Shown one piece after another: positions 41,801 through 50,896 of a stretch of 64,000 bases of DNA (its first letter is position 1; every line of letters begins with the position of its first letter). The notes under the pieces were generated by a model that had not been told where the DNA came from, ran no database searches, and worked only from the letters and a program-made list of their open reading frames with translations. The position numbers and the translations under genes were made by a program. Source of the stretch: Heterodontus francisci (lineage: Eukaryota); NCBI RefSeq assembly GCF_036365525.1, contig NC_090405.1, positions 52,120,308-52,184,307 on the forward strand, in the 5' to 3' direction.

Positions 41801-44800
41801 ATCCACAACAGGAGGCAGTGAATGTCAACTGGATCTTGACAATGGTGAAGGGCTGGGGCAGGGAATTCCAGCTGAGCTCCATCTTGTCCTCAGCTGGTCT
41901 CTATTTGTAGCCACTTTTCATCAGTCACAGAATCACAGAATTGTTACAGCGCAGAGGAGGCCATTCAGGCCATTGTGTCTGCACTGGCTCTCTGAATGAG
42001 CAGTTCACAGTGCCATTCCCCTGCCTGCTCCCCGTAACCCTCACATTCTTTCTTTTCCACTTTTCACGAATTATAGCATTGAGCCTTCCAAACCCGCACC
42101 CTCCACCACCGAAAAGACCAAAGGCAGCAGGCGCATGGGAACACCACCACCAACACCAAGTTCCCCTCCAAATCACACACCATCTTGACTTGGACCTATA
42201 TTGTAAATGCTTCACTGTCACTGGGTCAAAGTCCTGGCACTCCCTCCTTAACAGCACATGGACTCCAGCAGTTCAAGATGGCAGTTCACCACTACCTTCT
42301 CAAGGGCAATTAGGGATGGGCAATAAATGCTGGCCTGGCCAGCGACATGAACGAATAGAAAGTAAAATCCCATGGCAGACAGAGTGTACTCTTACATCAG
42401 CACTTACTGGGGATACAGTTTGTTTACTGCAGTATCACAGCAACTGCTCTGGAAAGCAGTTCAATGGCCAAAGTGATGTATTGTCACAGGTTATTGGAAA
42501 ACTTGCTGTAAAATCATTCCAATAGCATAGTGTGTGTTGCAATAAACAAATTCTCATTGTTAGAATTTTGATAAATGTCCCCAAAGCTTTCATGGATAAA
42601 TCCACTTGCTGATGTGCTACGGAGACATATAGATCGGGAAGATCCCAGGCTCAATCCAGGGTCAGAGCCGAGGTGGGATAGTTGGGCTGTGACACTTATG
42701 GCAGTCCTCTCAAAGGCAGAGGTCCCAAGTGCGTTGGCACTATTCAAACAGAGGTGGCTTCGGTGGATTAGACACATCCGCAGGATGGAACACAGTTGCA
42801 TACCCAAGGACCTTCTGTATGGCGAGGTATCTGAGGTCAGATGACCAGTGGGGCGCCCTAAGGATGCTTGCAAGCGTGACGTGAAGGCTCTAAATGTTGA
42901 CTATCGCACTTGGGAGATGCGGGCTGGCAAAAGAGGGAAATAGCAACATATCCTGTGGACTGGTGTGCACTACCATGACGACCAATCACCACAGCAGCTT
43001 GGCAACAGGCACCAACATCAAAAACAACAACTCAGAGCGTCATTTGGCAGCTTCACACGCAGCACTTGTGGCAGAACCTGCCTCTCAAGGATTGTCCTTC
43101 ACAGCCATCAGCAATGGTGCACCAAGAGAAGACAGTCCACCTAAATGGATTGTTTGCTGCGTGTCCATCATCTTTCATAGATGGAAGGATGTCAACCACT
43201 TGTTACTTGAACTCAGCAATGCTGGTTTTGAAAGGTTAGAAAACAAAAACCAAAACAGCCAGAGTTCCTACTATGAACTGAGATCCAGCGACTCCAGTCT
43301 GGGCGGTGGATAGCACCAGACATTCGATGGTGCCCTCTGTGATTGAATAGCCAATATTCACCATCCAGGCGCATGCCACTTGGGCAATTTACCAGAGGGT
43401 GCTGCACGTTTAAAATGCAGAACAGAGCTGTATCAGCTCTAGATCCCATTTAACTTGTGCTCTTATCAATCTGATAAAGGAGCTCACTTACCTTCTGCAC
43501 TTCTGATGAAGGGCCTTTTCTTTTGCTCCTGATATGTTAATCTGTCTTTTCCCTTTTCTGATCCATGACAGAGATTTGAAGCATTTTCTCTCAAATTTCC
43601 AACACTTGTTGCGTCTTCTCTTAATATTGTGATGTTTGTGCAGCAGCCAGAACAACTTGATTAAAAGAACATGCACGGATGGATGCTACTGTGGATGCAT
43701 GCCTGGCATTTATTTGCTTCCTACTCCCTCTAACTCAGCTAAAAACTCTTTCTTTTAACAAGGGCTGATCCCAAAACAGTAACTTTTGCTCCTCTCTCCA
43801 CAGACTCTAATTGACCAGTCTGTTTCCAGCATTTTCAGATCTCACGCTAGAGCTGGGAGTTTTATTTAAACTGCTGTTACATAAGAACATTAGAAATAGG
43901 TGCAGGAGTAGGCCATTTGGCCCCTTGAGCCTTCTCTGTCATTCAGTACAATCATGGCTAATCTTATATATCAACTCCACTTTCCCATCCTATCCTCATA
44001 TCCCTTGATTCCCTTATTATCGATCTCAGTCCTGAATATACTCAATAACTGAGCAACAACAGCTCTCTGAAGTAGAGAATTCCAAAGATTCACCACCACC
44101 CAAGTAAAGAAAGACCTAAATCCTAAGACTTTGGGGGGAATTTTACGCTCTCCCCCATAGCCTGTTTAGAGGCAGGGGGAGCATAAAATCGGGTGGGATG
44201 GTGGCGGACCTTACCACTTTTGCCACCGCAAAATTAATCTGGGGTGGGAAGGCCTGTGAATGGCCTTCTCGCCCTGCGGCCAATTGAGGCCCTTAACTGC
44301 GGAATTAAAGCCCAATTCCGACCTCATCCCGTTGCTGCAATTAGCCATACAGCAGGGGGGGAGGGTGGCGCCCTATTGCTGCACGGAAGCACGGCACAAA
44401 AAACCGTGTGGGCTGCTTCCCGGCTCTGGAGGCGGGGTCCCTCATTAAAAGGCACTTAAGGCCTGAACGAGGGACCCAGCATCGGGAAGGGGGGCCCCGA
44501 TGACAGCCAACCCCCTGCCCTTGCTGATGTCCCCCTACACTTCCCTCCTCCGTGACCTCCACCACATGAGACCTCCCTGTGACCTGGGTCCCGTAACATT
44601 CCTGCACCACCACCGGCAGCAGCAACCCCCTCCACAGTGGCTCTGCTCAGTGGAAGAGCTGCCAGCCTCTGATTGTCCGGCAGCTCTCCAAGGGCAGGAC
44701 TTCCTTCATCGGGGTCCTTGATCCCGTGGAAGGCCTGCTGCTGTCCACCCAAGTGCCTAATTGGCACTAAATTCGGCGGACCTTCCACAGAAGAGGCGAG

Positions 44801-47800
44801 ACAGGGTTCTCGTTGCTTTTTCCGGACGTCGTGACCCCTGTCGCCAGCATTAAATCCCAGCCTATGACCTCAGATGGGGAAAGAGCCACTAAGCATTTAC
44901 CCTGACAAGCCCTCTCAGAATTTAATGTTTCAAACATTACTTGACCAAAGTGCCACCAACATCAGGATTGCTGATGGCTGCAGCTCACCACCATCTGCAG
45001 GTTCTCCTCCAAGCCACACACCATCCTGACTGGGAACTATATCGCTGTCCCTTCACTGTCACTGGATCACAATCCTGGCACTCCCTCTCTAACAGCACTG
45101 TTGGTGTACCTACACCCCAAGGACTGCAGCGGTTCAAGAACGCAACTCACCACCACCTTCTCTAGGGCAATTAGGGACGGGCAACGAATGCTGGCTTTGC
45201 TAGTGACGCCGACATCCCATGAAACAAATAAAAAAGTAGTGTCAGCAGGAGGTTCTCCTAGCACCGTGTATCAGTGATCTACAGGATGTGTCCTCATGCC
45301 CAAACTATCCTCAGGCCTCCAGACAGTGACATTCCAATTAGGTAAAGACAACAGTCAATGATGACGGTAGAACCAGAAGAGAAATCAAGCATGAATTTTC
45401 ACACAACCTTCTAGAGACTGTTTACAGAGGGTTGTTTACATAAGTCTTTGAGCAGGATACATGATTCTATGCCTGTCTTTCTAATTAGGGAATGGCTTGT
45501 GGGGGTGGGGGGTCCAGAAAATAATAAATGGAGTGAACTTATGCAATTTATAAACCTCAGTAAAATCATGCCATCGGATAATAATTCAACAAAATGCATT
45601 ATAAAGCACCTTTAATGTAGTAAAACCTCCCAAGGTGCTTGACGGAAGGGCGAACAGACAATAGCTTAATACAAAGTCAGAGAATGAGATATTATGATAG
45701 GTGACCAAAAGCTTGGTCAAATATCCTAATTATGGGTGATGGCAGGATCTGAAATGGTTGTGAGGTCCCCCACAGTTGAACAGCCTTCCCACACTCACTG
45801 GCGTCTCAAATGAAGAATGGCTCATTGGAGTGGTAATGGTGGGCGCAAAGGGCAAAGTATCTTGGCCAGCAACTGCAGAAGAGCATGGCCAAAACATACA
45901 AAAACTTCAACAGGCAAATGTAATCTTTTTACATAGGTTTACTAGTGCAAAAACTGGCCATTCAGCCCAACTGGGCCATGTCAGTGTTTAAGCTTTGCAC
46001 GAGCCACCTCCAGCCTACTTCACCAACCACATCAGCCTATCCTTCTATTCCCTTCTCCCACATGTACTTATCTAGCGCCCCTTAAATGTAATTATGCTAT
46101 TCGCCTCAACTATTCCTTGTTGTTGCGTGTTCCCCTTTCTAACCACTCTCTGGGTGAAGAAGTTTCTCCTGAATTCCTTATTCAATTTAGAAATAGAAAT
46201 CATAGAAAGCTTAAGGCACGGAAAGAGACCACTTGGCCCATCGTGTCTGTGCCAGCCGAAAAACAATCCACCTATTCTAATCCCACCTTCCAGCATTTGT
46301 TCCATAGCCCTGCAGCTAATGGCACTTGAGGTACATATCCAGACTATTTTTGAATGAGTTGAGGGTCTCTGCCTCAACTCCCTTTCAGGCAGTGAGTTCC
46401 AGACCATCACCACCCTCTGGGTGAAAACTGTTTCCTCATTTCCCCTAATTTTTCTACCAATCACTTTAAGTCTATGCCCCCTCGTCACTGACCTCTCTGC
46501 TAAGGTGAATAGGCCCTTCACCTCCAATCTATCCAGGCCCCTCAAAATTTTGTACATTTCAATCAGATCTCCTCTCAGCCTTCTCTCTTCCAAGGAGAAC
46601 AACCCAGCCTATCCAATCTTTCCTCAAAGCTACATTTTTCCAGTCCTGGCAACATCCTCATAAATCTCCTCTGTATCCCCTCTAGTTCAATTACATACTT
46701 TCTGTAATGAGGTGACCAGAACTGCACACAGTACTCAAGTTGTGGCCTAACCAATGAGTTATACAGTTCCAGCATAACCTCCCTGCTCTTACATTCTATA
46801 CCTTGGCTAATAAAGGAAAGGATTCCATATGCCTTCTTAACCACCTTATCGACCTGCCCTGCTGCCTTCAGGGATCTGTGGACATTCACTCCAAGGTCCC
46901 TCACTTCCTCTACACTTCTCAGTATTCTCCCATTAATCGTGTATTGCTTTGCCTTGTTTGCCCTCCCCAACTGCATCACCTCACACTTCTCCAGGTTGAA
47001 TTCCATTTGCCACTTTTCTGCCCATCTGACCAGACCATCAATATCTTCCTGCAACCTATTAGTAACCTTATTAGTAACTATCTTATATTTATGGCACCAG
47101 CGTTCGGACTCCCTCAAAAATGGAAACAGCTCTCCACCCTACCAAACTTCTTCCAAACTTTAAAGATCTGCTCTTTTCTAGAGAAAAGAGCCCCAGCCTG
47201 TTCAGCCTTTCACGATAGCTTACAACCTCCTGGTTCTGCTATCATTCCAGTAAATCTTTTTTGCACCTTCTCCAGCGCCTCTATATCCTTTTCATAATAT
47301 GGAGACCAGAACTGTTCACAATGCAGTCTAACTAAAGTGCTATGCAAGTTTAACATAACTTTATTGCCTTTCAATTCTATCCTTATTAAAGTGCAGTTTT
47401 TTTTAATGATTTGTGCATCTGTAACCCCGGATCCCTTTGCAACTCTACCCCATTTAGACTCCTATTTTTCCAAGGCCTCCACATTCCTCCAACAACATGC
47501 ACCACCTCACACTGATCGATATTGAAACCCCACAACAACAGCAGTTTGCATTCGTGCAGCGCCTGCTGGGCGGCAGTGCATCCCAAGGAGCTCCACAGCG
47601 GCCATTCTCAGGCAGAATGGAACAGTGCATTTGCCGAGTCGAACCTGCCTGCAGAAGTGAAGCCTTTAAGCCGGTGAACTCAGTGTTGAACCTGGATCAG
47701 AGCTTGCTCACTTGGCAGAGCGACCGGTCGCTAAGGCCGCGGCCCGTTGCTATGGGCCTGAAGCGGCCGGCGAGGAGCAGGGAAGGCCGCGGCCGGCTCT

Positions 47801-47962
47801 CAGCCCCGGTCCCCGGTCTCTCCACAACGCAAACGGCCGCCCGCCGCGGCGCTTTACTGATTTATTTAATGGATTAATTTTTCGCTTCTCCCGCCCCTCA
47901 TTCACTCACCTGGCGCCCGCCCGGCCAGGCCGCGCACAGGGCTCTGGCGGCATCGTAGCCAT
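2589..47962 (-). CDS. TTLL13: Tubulin polyglutamylase TTLL13 (TTLL6-like), spliced gene, 15 coding exons, ~886 aa
   Basis: Manual join (minus): 47962-47910, 41644-41339, 33276-33236, 32235-32117, 31450-31320, 30027-29871, 29346-29203, 27282-27197, 25707-25482, 24309-24128, 21009-20821, 19992-19812, 13941-13747, 5833-5446, 2851-2589. All introns are GT-AG with compatible phases, total 2661 nt. TTL-domain motifs: [79 protein letters not shown]13 is preferred over TTLL6 because it neighbours GDPGP1 and CIB1 (recalled human 15q26.1 synteny). Terminal exons are less certain. Confidence 0.9.
3384..3520 (+). mobile_element. Short Penelope-derived repeat with a minimal hammerhead-like motif
   Basis: agtt-CCGATGA-a-gggtc-act-gaccc-GAAACGTT-aact at 3423-3459. 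Related copies near 43500, 48830, 51640 and 53940-54150. Confidence 0.6.
4374..5120. mobile_element. GC-rich non-autonomous DNA transposon (Harbinger-like MITE)
   Basis: Degenerate terminal inverted ends gggcgagatttt / aaaatgccaccc. Resembles the element at 44133-44862. Confidence 0.5.
5446..5833 (-). CDS. TTLL13: TTLL13 putative exon 14 (low-conservation C-terminal region)
   Basis: Non-repetitive open frame (ORF 5396..5911), actttccag| acceptor and G|gtgaga donor. Phases 0/1 fit both neighbours. Confidence 0.65.
6262..6430 (+). mobile_element. HE1-like SINE, 3' part
   Basis: Same 3' sequence as the copies at 27715 and 50897, ending in a tctctaaac(t)aaac tail. Confidence 0.7.
7060..7940. 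mobile_element. Two CR1 LINE 3' ends in opposite orientation
   Basis: Plus copy ends with a gattctat tail near 7390. Minus copy encodes [28 protein letters not shown]. Confidence 0.8.
8197..10607 (+). mobile_element. 5'-truncated RTE-clade LINE, near-intact RT
   Basis: 467-aa ORF with [29 protein letters not shown] and [10 protein letters not shown]-terminal CxxC..H motif near 10470-10530, (aaga)n tail, flanked by identical 46-bp direct repeats. A few stops and frameshifts occur upstream of 8986. Confidence 0.95.
10666..10819. mobile_element. Short palindromic MITE
   Basis: Imperfect inverted arms ggcta..gattatccatcgtaactttgg / ccgaagtgacgaagggtaatc..tagcc. Confidence 0.5.
12780..13160 (+). 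mobile_element. Deu-domain (SacSINE1/AmnSINE-like) SINE
   Basis: ttgctgtttgtgggagcttg...aaattggctgc...ttacaacagtga...aaatgcaagt body. A related minus copy lies at ~10905-11090. Confidence 0.65.
13271..13453. mobile_element. Short palindromic MITE
   Basis: Ends attttaacctaac / gttaggttaaaat with a central ccattgacttcgatgg dyad. Confidence 0.55.
13747..13941 (-). CDS. TTLL13: TTLL13 exon 13 ([39 protein letters not shown]...)
   Basis: tttacag| ... AAA|gtgagt, 195 nt. Resembles the EEEELERxxxLLQRExLIRxLGIVEQ segment of TTLL13 as I recall it. Confidence 0.88.
17830..18285 (-). mobile_element. Deu-domain SINE, near full length
   Basis: tRNA-like head (actcagtgggtagcact...ggttcaagccc) plus Deu body and tail on the minus strand. 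Confidence 0.7.
19812..19992 (-). CDS. TTLL13: TTLL13 exon 12 (QQLEEIRLK...LQGESGGE...KKE)
   Basis: gatcag| ... GAG|gtactg, 181 nt. The end position is less certain. Confidence 0.85.
20821..21009 (-). CDS. TTLL13: TTLL13 exon 11 (REQYENHQ...[14 protein letters not shown]...[16 protein letters not shown])
   Basis: ccacag| ... AG|gtatag, 189 nt. Translated by hand (not in the ORF track). Matches the TTLL6/13 GGFxxIYP motif. Confidence 0.94.
21245..22226 (+). mobile_element. L1/Tx1-clade LINE 3' fragment
   Basis: ORF2 C-terminal remnant ([39 protein letters not shown]) followed by AATAAA and an A-tract at 22201-22226. Confidence 0.75.
24128..24309 (-). CDS. TTLL13: TTLL13 exon 10 ([19 protein letters not shown]...REL)
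   Basis: ttccag| ... AG|gtagag, 182 nt. Confidence 0.96.
24990..25400 (+). mobile_element. Deu-domain SINE (diverged)
   Basis: ggctcagtgggtag head and ggcgctatatcaatgcaagt tail. Confidence 0.6.
25482..25707 (-). CDS. TTLL13: TTLL13 exon 9 ([10 protein letters not shown]...[21 protein letters not shown])
   Basis: atacag| ... GAG|gtgggt, 226 nt. Confidence 0.97.
25914..26320 (+). mobile_element. tRNA-headed SINE with LINE-derived caagggcaa.tagggatggg tail
   Basis: A/B-box-like head tggtgtagtgg...gggttcaaatccc. The tail is shared with LINE ends at 42080-42360, 44980-45230 and 48345-48820. Confidence 0.65.
26640..27060 (+). mobile_element. CR1 LINE 3' end
   Basis: Same decayed [12 protein letters not shown] / WNALP 3' segment as the other CR1 copies. 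Confidence 0.75.
27197..27282 (-). CDS. TTLL13: TTLL13 exon 8 ([28 protein letters not shown])
   Basis: taacag| ... AG|gtaaat, 86 nt. Confidence 0.96.
27715..28033 (-). mobile_element. HE1-like V-SINE
   Basis: tRNA head (ggcgcagtggttagcaccgc...ccgggttcaattct), V-domain-like core and CR1-type tail. Confidence 0.8.
28660..29070 (+). mobile_element. Deu-domain SINE
   Basis: Same family as the copies at 12780 and 17830. Confidence 0.7.
29203..29346 (-). CDS. TTLL13: TTLL13 exon 7 ([22 protein letters not shown]...SSSNL)
   Basis: ttcacag| ... TTG|gtaact, 144 nt, phase 0/0. Confidence 0.97.
29479..29707 (+). mobile_element. HE1-like V-SINE, 3'-truncated
   Basis: cggcacagtggtgcagtggttagcactgcagcctcac head. 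Reverse-complement match to the copies at 27715 and 50897. Confidence 0.8.
29871..30027 (-). CDS. TTLL13: TTLL13 exon 6 (FGDFQAY...[16 protein letters not shown]...QQYITK)
   Basis: gtacag| ... AAG|gtatta, 157 nt. Confidence 0.97.
30587..31295. mobile_element. Non-autonomous DNA transposon (PIF/Harbinger-like MITE) with a 3-bp TSD
   Basis: TIRs gggctggactctat / ataaaattcagccc, with ATT on both flanks (30584-30586, 31296-31298). Confidence 0.7.
31320..31450 (-). CDS. TTLL13: TTLL13 exon 5 ([20 protein letters not shown]...PRTWCLPA)
   Basis: ctgcag| ... GA|gtgagt, 131 nt. Confidence 0.97.
32117..32235 (-). CDS. TTLL13: TTLL13 exon 4 ([25 protein letters not shown]...MKCFQ)
   Basis: ttccag| ... 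CAG|gtcagg, 119 nt. Confidence 0.95.
33236..33276 (-). CDS. TTLL13: TTLL13 exon 3 ([13 protein letters not shown])
   Basis: ttttttgcag| ... G|gtgagt, 41 nt. Matches the INLxxCKYESV motif. Confidence 0.92.
33677..34249 (+). repeat. 30-bp minisatellite (left part)
   Basis: About 19 units of gagatacgctggtcagtgtgagggagtaacc-like sequence. Confidence 0.97.
34250..34505 (+). repeat. 5' LTR
   Basis: tgttatatattgttatactat...taaca, a direct repeat of 39494-39753. Confidence 0.92.
34800..35516 (+). mobile_element. CR1 LINE 3' fragment nested in the Gypsy gag
   Basis: 179-aa ORF with [13 protein letters not shown]...[11 protein letters not shown]...[11 protein letters not shown] and a gattctgtgattctat tail. 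Gag-like sequence resumes at [12 protein letters not shown]. Confidence 0.9.
39494..39753 (+). repeat. 3' LTR
   Basis: tgttatatattgttatactat...taaca, visibly diverged from the 5' LTR. Confidence 0.92.
39754..41267 (+). repeat. Minisatellite (right part), ~30-bp units grading into a ~133-bp higher-order repeat
   Basis: cactggtcagtgtga core throughout. Identical ORF ends at 40621, 40754, 40887 and 41020 show an exact 133-bp period. Confidence 0.95.
41339..41644 (-). CDS. TTLL13: TTLL13 exon 2 (acidic Glu-rich N-terminus, basic KKRRRKR)
   Basis: Acceptor tctcacag|A ATG AAT, donor AG|gtaaaa. Lies within ORF 41335..41718. The basic tract precedes the TTL domain as in TTLL6/13. Confidence 0.85.
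42700..43200 (+). mobile_element. Older RTE LINE 3' fragment
   Basis: [27 protein letters not shown], homologous to the C-terminus of the RTE at 8197. Confidence 0.8.
44133..44862. mobile_element. GC-rich Harbinger-like MITE
   Basis: Ends ggggggaatttta / taaatcccagcc. Confidence 0.5.
45930..47500 (-). mobile_element. CR1 fragment (~46190-47070) nested in an older CR1 fragment
   Basis: RT C-terminal ORFs 46072..46602 and 46575..47117 switch between two subfamilies at HKYKIVTNK | ... | [10 protein letters not shown]. Confidence 0.8.
47910..47962 (-). CDS. TTLL13: TTLL13 putative exon 1 ([18 protein letters not shown]); may instead be 5'UTR
   Basis: GC-rich, donor AG|GTGAGT at 47910/47909. 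ATG in a gttgccATGG context. Phase 2 joins in frame to the exon at 41644. Confidence 0.6.
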
Positions 47963-47968
47963 GGCAAC
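47955..47968. promoter_or_regulatory. RFX X-box
   Basis: GTAGCC-AT-GGCAAC matches GTNRCC(N0-3)RGYAAC. This is expected for a ciliary tubulin-modifying gene. Confidence 0.8.
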
Positions 47969-48344
47969 TGGACGCTTTATCTGATTGGTCCAATGGCCCC
48001 ACTTTCCCATTGCTGGACCGCGCTGCCTGATGCTGATTGGTCGCACTGTGACACCCAGCGGCTTTTATTGGCTGCTAAAGACCATGTCGATGTCCATTAG
48101 TTGAAGTGAAACCAACAGCGCTCCGATTGGCTGACGCAACTGCGAGTTGATAGGCTGATAAAATCTTTATTTCTTATTGGCTCACTTGCTGTTGGATCAA
48201 TGATTGGCGGCCCGGGGGTGAGGGGGGGGCTCTCCACTGGCAAATTCAGAATTATTTCCAGGAATGGGTGTAAGTGAAGCAAAATGCCTTTAATTTCCAG
48301 CAGGTCGGGCAGCATCTGTAGAGAAAGAAACAGAGTTAACGTTT

Positions 48345-48820
48345 CAGCTCCAACAACACTCAAGAAACTCGACACCATCCAGGGCGAAGCAGCCCGCTTG
48401 ATTGGCACCCCATCTACAAACATTCACTCCCTCCACCACCGACGCACAGTGGTAGCAGTGTGTACCATCTACAAGATGCACTGCAGCAATGCACCAAGGC
48501 TCCTTAGACAGCACCTTCCAAACCCGCGACCTCTACCACCTCGAAGGACAAGGGCAGCAAATACATGGGAACACCACCACCTGCAAGTTCCCCTCCAAGT
48601 CACACACCATCCTGACTTGGAGCTATATCGCCGTTCCTTCACTGTCGCTGGGTCAAAATCCTGGAACTCCCTTCCTAACAGCATTGTGGGTATACCTACC
48701 CCACATGGACTGCAGTGGTTCAAGAAGTCCGCTCACCACCACCTTCTCAAGGGCAATTAGGGATGGGCAATAAATGCTGGCTTGGCCAGTGACACCCACA
48801 TCCTGTGAAATAAATGACAA
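48345..48820 (+). mobile_element. LINE 3' end (CR1/L2-like)
   Basis: APTTLKKLDTIQ...HSLHHRRTVVAVCTIYKMHC ORF plus a caagggcaattagggatggg tail. Confidence 0.8.
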
Positions 48821-48889
48821 AAAGGTCCTTTCATCAGAACTGAGCATTTGCAGCATTTTTAAAAATTTCACATTTCCAGCATGCAGCTT

Positions 48890-49402
48890 TATAAAAGGGG
48901 CGCGAGAGCAAAAGCCAAGGAAGTTACGATGAACCTGTCTTCCATACTTCAGGAAGGATGTGAACGCATTAGAGAGGGTAGACTAGAGAATCTGGGTCTG
49001 TTCTGGGAGAAGGTTGAGAGGAGATTTGCTAGAGGTGTTTAAAATCATGAAGGGTCTGGACAAGAGTAGACAGAGAGAATCTGTTCCCGTCTGCGGAAGG
49101 ATCGAGGACCAGAGGACATTGATTTAAAGTGATTGGCAAAAGAAGAAACAGCGACATGAGGAAAATCTTTTTTTACGCAGCGAGTGGTTAGGATCTGGAA
49201 TGCACTGCCCGAGAGCGTGGTAGAGGTAGGTTTAATCCAGGCTTTCAAAAGGGAATTGGATAATCATCTACACAGAACAAATTTGCAGGGCAACAGGGAA
49301 AAGGCAGGGCTATGCGACTAGGTGAGTTGCTCTTGCTGAGAGCTAGCACAAACGGGAGGGGCCGAATGGCCTCCTCCTGCGCTGTAACCATTGATTCTAT
49401 GC
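48890..49402 (+). mobile_element. CR1 LINE 3' end just upstream of the GDPGP1 CDS
   Basis: CR1 3' sequence ending gattctatg about 100 bp before the ATG. Confidence 0.8.
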
Positions 49403-49477
49403 TTGATCCAGTGGGGTTTTTGTGTCAGGCGTTTGGCGGGACAGCCTCTGGAAACCATGGGAACGGACTGGGGCTTT

Positions 49478-49510
49478 GGGCGGCTGCTGACGTCAGGACA
49501 AGATGGCGGC
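49478..49510 (+). promoter_or_regulatory. GC-box, CRE and YY1 motifs at the GDPGP1 start
   Basis: GGGCGG at 49478, TGACGTCA at 49488-49495, CAAGATGGCGGC at 49499-49510 overlapping the ATG. Confidence 0.55.
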
Positions 49511-50639
49511 GCCCATGGAGGCGGGAGGTCCGGCCCGGCCTTGGGCCGAGGCCCCGGTGTTCGCCTACACGGAGCGGGATCTGATCCGCAGCGGGGTCCG
49601 GTGGGGCGGCCCGGGTCCGGCTTCCCGCTTCGACGCGGCGCTGCGCTCGGCCTGGGAGGAGCGGATGTCCGGCGGCTGCTTCCGCTACCGCCTGCAGGGC
49701 CCCGAGCTCCCCAGCCGCCTCCTGCCGGGGCCCCGCCGCTTCGTGGCCCAGCTCAACACCAAGCGGGCGACGGAGCGGCGGCGGCCGCAGGAGATCCTCA
49801 GCCTCCAGCAGCCCTTCGACCCCGAGCGCTTCAACTTCACCCGCATCCCGCCCCGCGAGGTCCTCTTCAGCCTCCGCCGGGGAGGCGCCGCCGGTGCCGG
49901 CCGCCGGGAGCAGCCCGAGCCCTTGCTCATCATCAACGTCAGCCCGCTGGAGTGGGGCCACGTCCTGCTGCTGCCCGAGCCGGCCCGGGGCCTCCCGCAG
50001 CTCCTGACCCGGGACTCGGTGCTGCGGGCCCTGGAGCTGCTCTTCCTGAGCTCCGAGCCCGGGTTCCGGGTCGGATTCAACAGCCTCGGGGCCTCGGCCT
50101 CGGTCAACCACCTCCACCTGCACGGCTACTACCTGGGCCACCGGTTGGAGCTGGAGTCGGCCCCGACCGAGCCTCTGGCCCCGGGCTCGCCTCGGAACGG
50201 AGCGGCCGGGCCCCGGCCCCGGGTTCACCTCCTGTCCGGGCACCCGACCCGCGGCCTGGTCTTCTACACGGACGGCACCGACCTGCCGCAGGCCGCCGCC
50301 GCCGTGCACGCCCTCACCCGCCTCCTGGTGCGCCGCTCGCTGGCTCACAACCTGTTCCTGACCCGGGGCTGCCCGCTGGGGAGCCGGGCCGCTGAGCCGG
50401 GCTCCCGGGACGGGGTCCGCATCGTCCTCTGGCCCCGGAGAAGCTGCTTCGGGGTGAAGGAGGAGACGGCCTTTAACGTGGCTCTGTGCGAGCTGGCCGG
50501 GCACTTTCCCATCAAAAACCCCCAGGATTACAGCAGCCTGACCGAGGAGAAGGCGCTGGAAATAATCTGCAAACACTTACTGTCTGAGGAGGAATTCTCC
50601 CAACTTCGATCAGAAATCATTGAGTTTCTGCAGGATTGA
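49503..50639 (+). CDS. GDPGP1: GDP-D-glucose phosphorylase 1 (VTC2-like, HIT-related), single coding exon, 378 aa
   Basis: Intact ORF with FVAQLN, FDPERFNF, IINVSPLEWGHVLLLP, VGFNSLGASASVNHLHLHGY (HxHxH) and AFNVALCELAGH. Strongly CpG-rich. Confidence 0.96.
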   Translation: MAAPMEAGGPARPWAEAPVFAYTERDLIRSGVRWGGPGPASRFDAALRSAWEERMSGGCFRYRLQGPELPSRLLPGPRRFVAQLNTKRATERRRPQEILSLQQPFDPERFNFTRIPPREVLFSLRRGGAAGAGRREQPEPLLIINVSPLEWGHVLLLPEPARGLPQLLTRDSVLRALELLFLSSEPGFRVGFNSLGASASVNHLHLHGYYLGHRLELESAPTEPLAPGSPRNGAAGPRPRVHLLSGHPTRGLVFYTDGTDLPQAAAAVHALTRLLVRRSLAHNLFLTRGCPLGSRAAEPGSRDGVRIVLWPRRSCFGVKEETAFNVALCELAGHFPIKNPQDYSSLTEEKALEIICKHLLSEEEFSQLRSEIIEFLQD

Positions 50640-50896
50640 GACCAGTTACCATCAAAAACCCTTCAAAAAACCCACTTACACCTCATGCAACAAGGCATAA
50701 CCTTTTCAGAGGTTTTTACAGCCAGACTAACAGCTTAAAAAAATGGAAATTCAGGTCAATTCTGAAAAATCCTTCGGGAAAAAAGTCTCTGAAAGCTGCT
50801 TTAAATATCACTGGAAGACTCTGACAACCATCAGCTAATAACAAACAGCTTTAAAGTGCAGCAATTGTTATGTGGCTTCCACTTTGGCACTGGTCT

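Larger units (their letters stand above)
47700..48270. promoter_or_regulatory. CpG-rich promoter between divergent TTLL13 and GDPGP1, with an NF-Y CCAAT cluster
   Basis: ATTGG at 47984, 48036, 48067, 48126, 48176 and 48203, plus CCAAT at 47990. GC/CpG-rich at 47720-47960. Possible plus-strand donor (|gtaagt) at 48270. Confidence 0.75.

Noticed and set aside
49391-50576. Long overlapping ORFs (334 aa plus, 383 aa minus) over GDPGP1
   Set aside because: Expected by-product of very high GC content and stop-codon depletion in a CpG-island CDS. No recognisable domain.
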